From the NCBI GenBank assembly GCA_030066085.1, contig JASJCI010000022.1, forward strand, positions 6,644-70,643: a stretch of DNA of 64,000 nt, in the 5' to 3' direction. A program made the position numbers and the translations under genes. Below the pieces are notes generated by a model that worked only from the letters and a program-made list of their open reading frames with translations, did no database searches and was not told the origin of the DNA. Positions 52,010-61,514 of this stretch are shown piece after piece (positions within the stretch are counted from its first letter, which is position 1; each line of letters opens with the position of its first letter). Source of the stretch: Gammaproteobacteria bacterium. Lineage in GTDB: Bacteria; Pseudomonadota; Gammaproteobacteria; GCA-001735895.

Positions 52010-52795
52010 TCAGTTACCGCGCTTGAGCGCCTGCGAGCGGAAGTCGCGATCGGTCAACCCGGTTCTGAAGCGGTAGTTGTTCCACTCGAGCAGGGTGCTC
52101 TTGCCGGTCTGGTGATTTTGCATGAACATTTTTCCGGGCCGCCAGTAATGGCCGAGAAACTGCTGGAAATCGCTCGCGGTCAGGGTCTTGAGCAAGGCTT
52201 TCTTGCGATCGTAGAACTCGGCCCTGACCAGCCGGTAACCGGCCTGGTCGATCCACGCAACCTCGCGCGTGTAGCCGGAGAACTCGTACGCGGGATAACG
52301 CTCGATCACGTAACACTGCCACTCGCCGCAGGGTTCCTCGCGCAGGTAGCGGTAGCTGTACTTTTCCACCTCCTGTGAACCCAGGTCTTCGAAAGCGAAG
52401 GTCGAACCCATGAACGGGCCGGACTTGTTGCGCGACGAAATCCGCTTGACCCGTTTCAGCGCCGGCAGGTACAGCCACTGGTCGTCGGGCTCGAGCCCGT
52501 GCGAATAGGTCAGCATCCTGGTGCCCCTGACGTCGGCCGGCTGGTCGAAAATCGACAGGCTCTTGTCGCCGTCACCCTCGACCTCGAGGGTCTTGATGCG
52601 GATATTGCGTTGCGCGGTTTCACCGGCCTTGTTGATCAGCGTCATGACCATGTCGGCGGTGAAATCGCCGAAGCCCTTATCGTAGGCATCCGCCGCCCGC
52701 GCGATTTCGAGGCCCTTTTCCTCGGGCGTCTGCGCGCCGGCAAGAACCGGCAGCAGCGCGACCAGTACGGCGATCAGGAATTTTCGGGGCAGCAT
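52010..52795 (-). CDS. Outer membrane lipoprotein-sorting protein (LolA-like, DUF1329-type)
   Basis: PADVRGT, DDQWLYLPALKRVKRIS, FMGSTFAFEDL. Confidence 0.88.
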   Translation of the reverse strand: MLPRKFLIAVLVALLPVLAGAQTPEEKGLEIARAADAYDKGFGDFTADMVMTLINKAGETAQRNIRIKTLEVEGDGDKSLSIFDQPADVRGTRMLTYSHGLEPDDQWLYLPALKRVKRISSRNKSGPFMGSTFAFEDLGSQEVEKYSYRYLREEPCGEWQCYVIERYPAYEFSGYTREVAWIDQAGYRLVRAEFYDRKKALLKTLTASDFQQFLGHYWRPGKMFMQNHQTGKSTLLEWNNYRFRTGLTDRDFRSQALKRGN

Positions 52796-52799
52796 GCGA

Positions 52800-55139
52800 T
52801 TACTCCTTGCGATCCAGTGCGGGCAGCAGCCCGGGCGCGGCTTCGTCCCTGTCCTTCGAGGGGCCGTCGAGCGCCATCAGGATCGGCGGCAGCAGCAGGA
52901 AATCGGCGACGATGGCAAACACGATGGTGGCCGCGGTCATCATCGCCATGTGCGCGTTCAGGGTAAACGCGGAAAACATCAGCACCGTGAAACCCGCGAC
53001 CAGCACGATCGACGTCGCCACCAGCGCCAGCCCGACGGTATCGAAGGCATAACGTACCGCGTCCGGCGCAGCGAGACCTTTCTCGCGCCGTGCACGCAGG
53101 TACTTGCTGAGAAAATGCACGGTGTCGTCGACCACGATGCCGAGGGTCATGCCGGTAACCACCGACAGCGCGAGACCGACCTGCCCGACCGCGATACCCC
53201 AGGCACCGAAGGCCAGCGCCGCCGGGATCAGGTTCGGCACCAGGCTCAGCAGTCCGATCTTGATCGACCTCAGCGCGAACACGAGGATCAGCGAGATCAG
53301 CACCAGCGCGATCGTCGTACCGAGCAGCATGCTGCGTATGTTGCGCTCGCCGATGTGGCTGAACATGATGGTCGGGCTCGAACCCTCGTTGTGCATGCTC
53401 GCCGGTGCGTTGTCGCGCAGCCATTGCTGCGCGCGCTGTTCCAGTGCGAGTACCGAGTTGGTCGTCATGTGCTGCAGCATCACGGTCATGCGCGTCGCCG
53501 ACTTGTCGATATCGAGCTGGTTGTTCAGGTCCAGGCCGTAGGGCAGCGACATCTCGTACAGCAGCAGGTACTGCGCCGCCAGCTCGCGCTCCTCGGGCAG
53601 GCGATACCAGGCGGGATCGTCCCCGTGCATGCTCTTGTTGAGCCGCTTGAAGGTATCGGCGATCACGTTGACGTGAATCACCCCGGGTTGCTCGCGAAAC
53701 CAGTTGGCGAAGTTCTCCATGTGCCGCTGGAACCCGGGGTCGCTGACGCCGCCTTCCATGCCCGACTCGAGCGAGTAGTCCACCAGGTAGAGCCCGCTGA
53801 GGTTATCGTTGGCGAAATCGGCATCGCGGCGAAACTCGATGCGCTCGCTGAAGTACTGCACAAAATTGTCGTTGAGCTCGTTCTGCGGGATGAATGAAAT
53901 CAGCGCGATGCTGGCGAGGCTCATACCGATCAGCAGCCGGCGGCGCCTGGCGATGACGAACTCGGCAAAGCGCGCCATGAGCCTGCTGCTGTAGCCGACC
54001 GGGTTCCGGTCCGACTCGGGCAGCAGCATCATCGCCGCGGGCAGAAAGGTGACGCTCAGCACGAACGCGATCATGACGCCGATGGCGACGATATTGCCGA
54101 GGTCGTGAAACGGCGGCGCATCGGAAAAGTTCATGCTCATGAAACCGATCGCGGTAGTGATACTGGTGAGGAAAATCGGCTGCAAGTTGATGCGGATACT
54201 GTCGATCATGGCTTCCTCGCGCGTCTCACCCTTCTGCCGCATCAACAGGTAATTCATCAGCACGTGCACGCTGTCGGCAATCGCCATGGTCGGGATGATC
54301 ATGATCGCGGAGAACGACGGCGGCGTCAGCTCGATGCCGAGCCAGAACGCGGTACCGAGCGCGCCGACGATGGAAAAGATGATGATGGCGAACGCCGACA
54401 GGGTACCGGACCAGCGCTTGACCCACAGGAACAACACGATCATGAACAGCACCAGCATGCCCGGGAACAGGGTCGACATATCCTGCTGGGTCGCTTCCGG
54501 GAACGCCTGGTTCATCATCGCGATACCGGTCAGGCGCACTTCGTAACCGGCGAAGCGTTGCTGGAACTCGCTGCGCAGCTCGCGCGCGAAGGCCACCACC
54601 TGCGGGTTTTCCGTGATCTGGTCGACGCCCGGCAGCTCGACGGTGATGTTGATCCCGGTGACGTGTGCCCGCGGCGACACCAGGCGGTTGACCAGCACCG
54701 GTTCGTTGAGCGCAACCTCGCGAATCCGCCGCAGCTCCTCGTCGCTCAGCGTTTGCGGTTCGTAGGCAAGGTCCTCGACCAGCAGGTCGTCGCCGTCGGC
54801 CGAGGTGTGCTGGTAATTGGTGAGCGAATCCACCCGGATCGAAAACGGCGTTTCCCAGGCGCGCTCGGTCAGCCATGCGACCGCCGTAAGGGTTTCGCGG
54901 GTAAACACCTGGCCGCTTTCCGGCGCCAGCACGATCATGACATTATCGTTGCGCGCGTAAGTATCCTGCAGGTTTTCGAAGGCCAGCAGCTGCGGATTAT
55001 CCTTGCCGAAAAATACGCGGTAATCGTTGGTGAAGGCGGCATGCTGCAGGCCCGTGGCCATGGCCAGGATCCACAGCAGCGACAGGATTATCGTCTTCCA
55101 TTTGTGCCGCAGGATAAATTCGGCGTAACGCCTGGCCAT
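52800..55139 (-). CDS. MMPL family RND transporter
   Basis: Two-fold repeat; AIADSVH, TSITTAIGF, GIVVDDTVHF. Confidence 0.92.
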   Translation of the reverse strand: MARRYAEFILRHKWKTIILSLLWILAMATGLQHAAFTNDYRVFFGKDNPQLLAFENLQDTYARNDNVMIVLAPESGQVFTRETLTAVAWLTERAWETPFSIRVDSLTNYQHTSADGDDLLVEDLAYEPQTLSDEELRRIREVALNEPVLVNRLVSPRAHVTGINITVELPGVDQITENPQVVAFARELRSEFQQRFAGYEVRLTGIAMMNQAFPEATQQDMSTLFPGMLVLFMIVLFLWVKRWSGTLSAFAIIIFSIVGALGTAFWLGIELTPPSFSAIMIIPTMAIADSVHVLMNYLLMRQKGETREEAMIDSIRINLQPIFLTSITTAIGFMSMNFSDAPPFHDLGNIVAIGVMIAFVLSVTFLPAAMMLLPESDRNPVGYSSRLMARFAEFVIARRRRLLIGMSLASIALISFIPQNELNDNFVQYFSERIEFRRDADFANDNLSGLYLVDYSLESGMEGGVSDPGFQRHMENFANWFREQPGVIHVNVIADTFKRLNKSMHGDDPAWYRLPEERELAAQYLLLYEMSLPYGLDLNNQLDIDKSATRMTVMLQHMTTNSVLALEQRAQQWLRDNAPASMHNEGSSPTIMFSHIGERNIRSMLLGTTIALVLISLILVFALRSIKIGLLSLVPNLIPAALAFGAWGIAVGQVGLALSVVTGMTLGIVVDDTVHFLSKYLRARREKGLAAPDAVRYAFDTVGLALVATSIVLVAGFTVLMFSAFTLNAHMAMMTAATIVFAIVADFLLLPPILMALDGPSKDRDEAAPGLLPALDRKE

Positions 55140-55152
55140 GCTCGGGTACCTT

Positions 55153-55791
55153 TTACTTCCTTATGAGTCGCAGTAGCTGAACCAGGCCCTGCCCGCAGAG
55201 ATACAGCTTGTCCAGGCTTTGCGATACCTTGGCCGCGTTCAGGCCGCCTTCCATGATCGAGGCCATGGTGACACCCATCGTGTACGGATCCACTTCGTCG
55301 ACGATCAGCTCCATCTCCTTCGCCCGAATCAGCATATCGGCAATGGACTGGTGCCACTGCTCGTAGATGGCGGTCAGGCGGGTACGGAAGCCCTCGTCTA
55401 TCGGCGCCATTTCCTGCGCCAGCACCGACAGCGGGCAACCGAGTTCGATATCGGTCATCGAAAACGCATCGCCCACGCGTTGAATGAAGGCAACGAAACC
55501 CTCGATCGGGTCAGCGAAATCTTCCAGCGGCTGGATGAAGCCGAGATGAATACGCTCCGCGATGACTTCATCGACCACGGCGTAGCCGAGCTCGGTCTTG
55601 TCGCGAAAATGGTGATACAACGCGCCCTTGGTAGCGCCGGTGTGCGCGAGGATGTGGCTCAGGCTGGCCGACTGAAAACCGTTGAGGTGAATTTCCTTGT
55701 AGGCCGCAAACAGGATTCGCTCGCGCGTATCGGGCTTACGCTCGTGCAGCGGCCGCCACCAGTAGACGTCGTTGTCGGTAAATCCGGTCAC
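55153..55791 (-). CDS. TetR/AcrR family transcriptional regulator
   Basis: TRERILFAA...GFQSASL..I...GATKGALYHHF HTH, GCPL C-domain; start re-assigned to GTG 55791 because the track's TTG 55827 is the -35 box. Confidence 0.9.
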   Translation of the reverse strand: MTGFTDNDVYWWRPLHERKPDTRERILFAAYKEIHLNGFQSASLSHILAHTGATKGALYHHFRDKTELGYAVVDEVIAERIHLGFIQPLEDFADPIEGFVAFIQRVGDAFSMTDIELGCPLSVLAQEMAPIDEGFRTRLTAIYEQWHQSIADMLIRAKEMELIVDEVDPYTMGVTMASIMEGGLNAAKVSQSLDKLYLCGQGLVQLLRLIRK

Positions 55792-55797
55792 CGGGCA

Positions 55798-55827
55798 ACC
55801 ATACATACCGACCGGTATGTATGTCAA
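55798..55827 (-). promoter_or_regulatory. TetR promoter with overlapping palindromic operator
   Basis: TTGACA-18 bp-TATGGT; perfect inverted repeat CATACATACCG-AC-CGGTATGTATG at 55800-55823. Confidence 0.8.
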
Positions 55828-55878
55828 TCACCGAATACCTCGGCTCGCTAACGCGTCAGCAACTGCGACAGGTCGCGA

Positions 55879-56550
55879 TTACCCCAGAAAAGCGCTGCCG
55901 AACAGCAGCACCGCCAGCGGCACCGGCGCGACCGCAAGCGCAATCGTCAACAGGAAGCCTGGAATCGAAAACAAACGACTGATCCCGGCAAACAGCGCAA
56001 TCCCGCCGCCACCACCGATGAGGTAGTTGCCAGGCAAATTCAGCAAAACTGCCAGCGCAAGGTAACGGTAGCGCAGTAACAGCGGTCCGGCACCCCGAGG
56101 CGCTCGCTCGATCATCGCGGCCAGGCTTCGCTTGCGACCAAGTGAACGTATTTCCCGCAGGCGCCGCTCCAGGCGGAGCCACCCGAGGCGCGCAACGCGG
56201 TCGATGAGCCACTCGAGCGGGACCAGGCGGCCAACCAGGAACGCGAGTGCCAATCCACCCAGCGTGCATAAATAGACCAGTGGTGCAATCTTGGGTCCCA
56301 GCGTCGCCATCAGTGCGATACCAATCTCCGCGCCCGGCACGAACGGGATGGCCAGCAGCAGCGTGTAGAGCGACGCGGTAACCATGATGGTGTAGTGAAC
56401 CCTGTCTTCGGTAGACGGGCGAATGGAGAAATCCAGGGACTCGAAAAACTGTCGCGCCAACAGGTTCGCGACCAGCAGCAAACAGACAAGCAGTACGCCC
56501 TTGACGGCGAGCCGCCAGCCTGAAAACGCAGCGGGCGGCGTCTCGCTCAC
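55879..56550 (-). CDS. Membrane protein, TVP38/VTT (DedA-superfamily)-like
   Basis: LLLAIPFVPGAEIG, LAFLVGR and LLNLPGN..IGGGGGIA re-entrant-type motifs; GTG start right after the upstream stop. Confidence 0.65.
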   Translation of the reverse strand: MSETPPAAFSGWRLAVKGVLLVCLLLVANLLARQFFESLDFSIRPSTEDRVHYTIMVTASLYTLLLAIPFVPGAEIGIALMATLGPKIAPLVYLCTLGGLALAFLVGRLVPLEWLIDRVARLGWLRLERRLREIRSLGRKRSLAAMIERAPRGAGPLLLRYRYLALAVLLNLPGNYLIGGGGGIALFAGISRLFSIPGFLLTIALAVAPVPLAVLLFGSAFLG

Positions 56551-56551
56551 A

Positions 56552-57025
56552 TCAGTCGGGCGCCGAGGTAGCGGCGACCAGCTCGCCTTCGAACTCGAAG
56601 ATCGTTTCGACCGTCCAGTACCAGCGACGAGCCATCCATGACGAACGACCGCTGATGCGACCATTTTCGACCGTGCCGCGCCAGACGATAGTTGCATCCT
56701 TGTAGGGGCAGCGGGTTTCGCTGATGAACTCTACCCTGTCACCGTCGACTCGCGTGAAGTAGGGTCGCGCCGGGTACTCGCATCGCAGTTCGCACTCCTT
56801 GGAAACGAAGGTGCCGTTCTCGAACACGAAACGGTCGGCCGTATCCTTGGGTTTGCCGGAAGGGCCGAGCATGCCGACGAAAGTAAGCCCATCGAGCGGT
56901 CCGGCGATTATCCGGGATCCGGCGCCATCCGCGGCTGGTGATTCCGCTGCCGCCGAATGTAACGCAAGCAATCCGAGTACCATCGCCACCGACAACACGC
57001 ATCGCATGCGCATGATCGATATCAT
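56552..57025 (-). CDS. Exported hypothetical beta-rich protein
   Basis: Signal peptide; mature part has CELRC and RC cysteines; 1 nt from the downstream gene. Confidence 0.7.
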   Translation of the reverse strand: MISIMRMRCVLSVAMVLGLLALHSAAAESPAADGAGSRIIAGPLDGLTFVGMLGPSGKPKDTADRFVFENGTFVSKECELRCEYPARPYFTRVDGDRVEFISETRCPYKDATIVWRGTVENGRISGRSSWMARRWYWTVETIFEFEGELVAATSAPD

Positions 57026-57118
57026 CGCGCTTCCGCACCTGCTCCCCGCCGAACGGGGATCCGTTCAAGAAGGACTGAACAGCATACGCCTGTTGTCGGG
57101 TGAGCGCAAAAAGCGTGG

Positions 57119-59794
57119 CTAGAGCGCGACGACGACGCGTACCGCGTCGAGGCGCAGGCGCGCATGGCCGAGCGCGCCGCGGAAGTGTTCGAGCTGATCG
57201 CGAAAGAACGCGATCTCGTCGTCGCGCACCCCGGGATTGACGACCTGCAGCGCGGTCAGGCGCTCGATTTCGTGGCCGAGCAGCGCCTCGCCGCGTTGCT
57301 CGGCGGCACGCACCAGACCCGGTACGCGGGTATCGGCCATGATCTCGGCGGCTTCGAGCATGCGGCCGAGTTCGTTTTCGCGCGCCTTGACGATCTTGAT
57401 CGCGGTGTCGCGATCGACGCGCTGCGCCACCAGCTGGCCGCCGTCGAGATCGAACCTGTCGCCGTGGTCGCCGCCGGCTTCGTCGACCACGACACGCACG
57501 CTGGCGTTGGGAAAATAGCGTTCGCCATGACTGCGAAAATCGTCGCTGAATTCCATCAGGAAATGACACTCGGCCAGCAGGCTGCCCGGCCGCGTGCCGG
57601 TGTAGGCCACCGCCACCAGCGCGGTGTTGCCGAATTCGCTGGACAGCACCATGTCCATCGCGTTGCGCACGAACGGGTGTTCCCAGCTGAGAAAATGCAG
57701 GTCCTCGCCGGCCAGCGCCGCGCTGCGCTGGTAAGTCACGGTCATGCCGTCCTCGGGCAATCCCGGCATCGGCGCGAGCATGTTGTCACCGGGCGTGATT
57801 ACCCAGCGATCCTGGCCGCGGATCTCGCTGTTGACGCCGTAACAGTCGTAGATCTTCTCCATGTAGCCGAACAGGTCGAATATCGACTCGCGCGCGAGCG
57901 CCTCGTCGATTAACGCGTCGGCTACCTGCGACCGGCAGGAATTGATTTCGAGCAGGCGATCGCGGCCGCGCTGCAGCGCGGCGTCGAGTTCGGCATGCAG
58001 CGCGCGGCTGCGCTCGATGAAATCGTCCGCCGGCGATTGCGGCTCGGCCAGCAGTTGCTCCAGTTCGACGCGCAGCTGCACGTAAACCGAGTGGCCGGCC
58101 GGGCAGGTGTGGCGAAAGGCGTCCAGCGCCTCGTGATACCAGCGGAACAGCAGCGCTTCCGCGCTGCCCTCGACATAGGGTACGTGGATATGGATGACCG
58201 CGTTCTGGCCGATCCGGTCGAGGCGGCCGATGCGCTGCTCGAGCAGATCCGGATTGTGCGGCAGGTCGAACAGCACGAGATGGTGGGCGAACTGGAAGTT
58301 GCGGCCCTCGCTGCCGATCTCGGACGACACCAGTACCTGGGCGCCGTCATAGGTTTCGGCGAACCAGGCCGCGGCGCGATCGCGCTCGACCAGGGTCAGG
58401 CCCTCGTGGAACAGCGCCGCGCGGATACCGTGGCGCTGCTGCAGCCAGCCCGCGAGATCGATCGCGGTCTCGGCCGCGGCCGCGATCACGAGCACCTTGC
58501 GCTCGCGCTTTGCGCGCAGGAAATCGACCAGCCAGTCGCGCGCGGGTGCTTCCCCCGCGGCGGGCGCGGGCAACGCCACCGGATGCACCTCGCGCTCGGG
58601 AAATCCCTGCACCACGTGACGCGTGTTGCGAAACAGCACGCGCCCGGTGCCGTGGCGATCGAGCAGGTCGTCGAGTTCCTGCACGCGCTGCGGATCGTCG
58701 AGCATGGCCTCGGCCTGTTGCGCAAGCTCGGCGTAACCCCGTTCCTCGGCCAGGAACCGCTCGAGGCTCGCGAAACGGTCCGGGTCGAGCAGGCGCAGGC
58801 GCGCAAAATGACTTTCCTTGCCCAGCTGCTCCGGGGTCGCGGTCAGCAGCAGCAGGCCCGGGGTTTTTTCCGCCAGGCTCTCGATGAGGCGATACTCGGG
58901 ACTGACCGCGTCGGGCGACCAGGCGAGGTGGTGCGCCTCGTCGACCACCAGCAGGTCCCATTCGCCGTCACGCGCACAGGCCGCCTGGCGCGGGCTGGCG
59001 GCGAGGAACTCGAGGCTGCACAACACCAGCTGCTCGCCGTGAAACGGATTCTCGCTGCCGTCGATTTCGGCTTCCGGGTGTTCCGGGTCGAGCAGTCGAT
59101 CGGCGTCGAAAATACTGAACATCAGGTTGAAGCGGCGCAACATTTCGACCAGCCACTGGTGCAGCAGCGATTCCGGCACGACGATCAGCACGCGGCGCGC
59201 GCGCTCCAGCAGCAGTTGCTGGTGCAGGATCAGGCCGGCCTCGATGGTCTTGCCGAGCCCCACCTCGTCGGCCAGCAAAACCCGCGGCGCGTAGCGACGC
59301 GATACCTCGTGCGCGATGTAGAGTTGATGCGCAATCAGGCTGGTGCGACAGCCGGCAAGGCCGTAAACCGGCGACTGCAGCAGATGATTGGCAATTTCCC
59401 GCGTTCGACAGCGCAGGTTGAACCACTTGTTGCGATCGATTTGCGCATTGAGCAGGCGCTCGGCCGGCTGGTTCAGCTGCAGGAAATTACTCAGCCGCCC
59501 CTCCGGCAGGTCGACCGCAGTACCGTGTTCGTCCTCGCAGCGATAGGTGATGAGCCCGGCGGATTCCTGCACCTCGAGCACGCGCAGGGGCGTGCCGTCC
59601 TGCCGCTCGACCCAGTCGTCGACGCGAAAACGCACCCGCGTCAACGGCGCATCGGCGCGGGCATAGATACGGGTTTCCCCGGTGGCTGGAAAAACGATGC
59701 TGACGGTACGGTGTTCGACCTCGATGACCATGCCGAGGCCGAGGTGAAGTTCGGCCGCACTGATCCAGCGCTGGCCGATGTCGAATTCCTGCAT
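57119..59794 (-). CDS. rapA: RNA polymerase-associated SWI2/SNF2 ATPase RapA (shortened)
   Basis: GQRWIS, LLADEVGLGKTIEAG, DEAHHL, TATPEQLG, SEIGSEGRNFQF, EQRIGRLDRIGQ, LDAVRVVV. Confidence 0.95.
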   Translation of the reverse strand: MQEFDIGQRWISAAELHLGLGMVIEVEHRTVSIVFPATGETRIYARADAPLTRVRFRVDDWVERQDGTPLRVLEVQESAGLITYRCEDEHGTAVDLPEGRLSNFLQLNQPAERLLNAQIDRNKWFNLRCRTREIANHLLQSPVYGLAGCRTSLIAHQLYIAHEVSRRYAPRVLLADEVGLGKTIEAGLILHQQLLLERARRVLIVVPESLLHQWLVEMLRRFNLMFSIFDADRLLDPEHPEAEIDGSENPFHGEQLVLCSLEFLAASPRQAACARDGEWDLLVVDEAHHLAWSPDAVSPEYRLIESLAEKTPGLLLLTATPEQLGKESHFARLRLLDPDRFASLERFLAEERGYAELAQQAEAMLDDPQRVQELDDLLDRHGTGRVLFRNTRHVVQGFPEREVHPVALPAPAAGEAPARDWLVDFLRAKRERKVLVIAAAAETAIDLAGWLQQRHGIRAALFHEGLTLVERDRAAAWFAETYDGAQVLVSSEIGSEGRNFQFAHHLVLFDLPHNPDLLEQRIGRLDRIGQNAVIHIHVPYVEGSAEALLFRWYHEALDAFRHTCPAGHSVYVQLRVELEQLLAEPQSPADDFIERSRALHAELDAALQRGRDRLLEINSCRSQVADALIDEALARESIFDLFGYMEKIYDCYGVNSEIRGQDRWVITPGDNMLAPMPGLPEDGMTVTYQRSAALAGEDLHFLSWEHPFVRNAMDMVLSSEFGNTALVAVAYTGTRPGSLLAECHFLMEFSDDFRSHGERYFPNASVRVVVDEAGGDHGDRFDLDGGQLVAQRVDRDTAIKIVKARENELGRMLEAAEIMADTRVPGLVRAAEQRGEALLGHEIERLTALQVVNPGVRDDEIAFFRDQLEHFRGALGHARLRLDAVRVVVAL

Positions 59795-59895
59795 GGCTGC
59801 CGGGTTCCTTGAAGTCGCGCGATTATATCAGCCGAGCGACCGCGATCACCACCATCGCGGTTGCAGTCGCGCGGCAAGTTGCACAGAATGCGCGC

Positions 59896-60564
59896 ATGAT
59901 CGCGCTCGACGACAACGGCTACTTTATCACCGGTTCGGATACCGACGCCGGCAAGACCTACGTCGGCTGTGAAGTCGTGCGCCAGCTGAACGTCGCGGGC
60001 ATCGCCCTCGAAACCCGCAAGCCCGCCGAGTCGGGCTGCCAGCCCGATGCCAGCGGCATCCTGCTGACCCACGACGCCGCCGCGCTGCAGGCCGCCAGCG
60101 GCGAGCGTGAGCCGATCGAGCGCATAGCCCCGTACCGGTTTCGCGCTGCGTTGGCGCCGCATCGGGCCGCGCGCCTGGAAAACCGCGAACTTCGCCTGCA
60201 GCAATTAATCGATGCCTGCCAGCGCGACGACCCGAATCACCGCCTGATCGTGGAGGGTGCCGGCGGCTTCCTGTCGCCGCTGGCCGAGGACGGTCTCAAC
60301 GCCGACCTCGCCGCGGCGCTGCAACTGCCGTCGATCGTCGTCGTGCGCGATCGTATCGGCGCGGTCAACCAGGCCCTGATGACCGTCGAGGCCGTGAACA
60401 ATCGCGGTCTCGTCGTGGCCGCGGTGGTCATGAACCGGGTCGACGCCGAGATCGAGCCCGGCATGGACAACGCCGCCGACCTGCGCGCCTGGTGCGATCT
60501 TCCCGTGTTCGCCTGCGCACACGCGCAGCCGCTGCCGCCAATGTTCGAGATCCCGCGTGGCTGA
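59896..60564 (+). CDS. bioD: Dethiobiotin synthase
   Basis: FITGSDTDAGKT, KPAESG, VEGAGG. Confidence 0.93.
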   Translation: MIALDDNGYFITGSDTDAGKTYVGCEVVRQLNVAGIALETRKPAESGCQPDASGILLTHDAAALQAASGEREPIERIAPYRFRAALAPHRAARLENRELRLQQLIDACQRDDPNHRLIVEGAGGFLSPLAEDGLNADLAAALQLPSIVVVRDRIGAVNQALMTVEAVNNRGLVVAAVVMNRVDAEIEPGMDNAADLRAWCDLPVFACAHAQPLPPMFEIPRG

Positions 60565-60600
60565 TCTTCGGCTAGCGAGCGCGGCGCGGCGCTGACGGCA

Positions 60601-61485
60601 TTGCAGCGGGGATACGCGCTCATCCTGGCCGGCTACATCGGCTGGGGACTGTTTCCGCTCTACTGGGCGCTGTTGACCCACGTGCCTGCCCTCGAAGTGC
60701 TGCTGCACCGCATGGCCTGGTCACTGCCGCTGCTCCTGCTGCTGGTCGGGCTGAGCGCTCGTCGACGCAGCCAGGTACGCGCCGCGCTGGCCAGCTGGCG
60801 CGAGCTGCGCTGGCTGGCGCTGACCGGCCTGATCGTCAGCTTCAACTGGGGCATCTATATCTGGGCGGTGGCCAACGCGCGGGTCATCGAGGCGAGCATG
60901 GGTTACTTCCTGACGCCGCTGATGAACGTACTCGGCGGCATCCTGGTATTCGGCGAACGGCTCGACCGCCTGCGCGTGCTGGCGCTCGCCTGCGCCGCCG
61001 CCGGCGTGGCCTGGTACATCGCGAGTACCGCGCTGGTACCCTGGGTCAGCCTGCTGGTCGGTAGCAGTTTTGCCGCTTACGGCCTGCTGCGCAAAAAAAT
61101 ATCGACCAACGCGATCCCCGGCCTGCTGATCGAAATACTGCTGCTGCTGCCGTTCACGCTGGCCGCCATCCTGTGGCTGCACGGGCGCGATGAAGCCCGC
61201 TTTCTCAAGCTCGATTTTGCCACCGACTTCTGGCTGGTGCTGGGCGGCACGGTCACGGTAGTACCGCTGGCGCTGTTTACCGCCGGCGCTCGCCTGCTGC
61301 CGATGACGACGGTCGGTATCCTGTTTTACGTCACGCCTTCACTGCAGTTCCTGTGCGGCTGGCTATGGCTCGGCGAAGCCCTGGATCTCGACAAGCTGAT
61401 CGGTTTTTGCGCCATCTGGACCGGGTTGGCGATCTTCAGTTACAGCCTGCTGCGCCCGGGCGAAACGCGGGTAAAGACTGGTTAG
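60601..61485 (+). CDS. rarD: EamA family transporter RarD
   Basis: WGLFPLYW, EVLLHR, NWGIYIWAV, EASMGYFLTPL, YGLLRK. Confidence 0.93.
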   Translation: MQRGYALILAGYIGWGLFPLYWALLTHVPALEVLLHRMAWSLPLLLLLVGLSARRRSQVRAALASWRELRWLALTGLIVSFNWGIYIWAVANARVIEASMGYFLTPLMNVLGGILVFGERLDRLRVLALACAAAGVAWYIASTALVPWVSLLVGSSFAAYGLLRKKISTNAIPGLLIEILLLLPFTLAAILWLHGRDEARFLKLDFATDFWLVLGGTVTVVPLALFTAGARLLPMTTVGILFYVTPSLQFLCGWLWLGEALDLDKLIGFCAIWTGLAIFSYSLLRPGETRVKTG

Positions 61486-61514
61486 TGACGGGATAATCCC
61501 GAGGTGTGCGCTGA

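Noticed and set aside
57995..59812. Long antisense ORFs (605 aa here; also 11679-13136, 13669-15198, 30756-32054, 44756-46003)
   Set aside because: Shadow frames of high-GC3 genes with clear family motifs on the opposite strand
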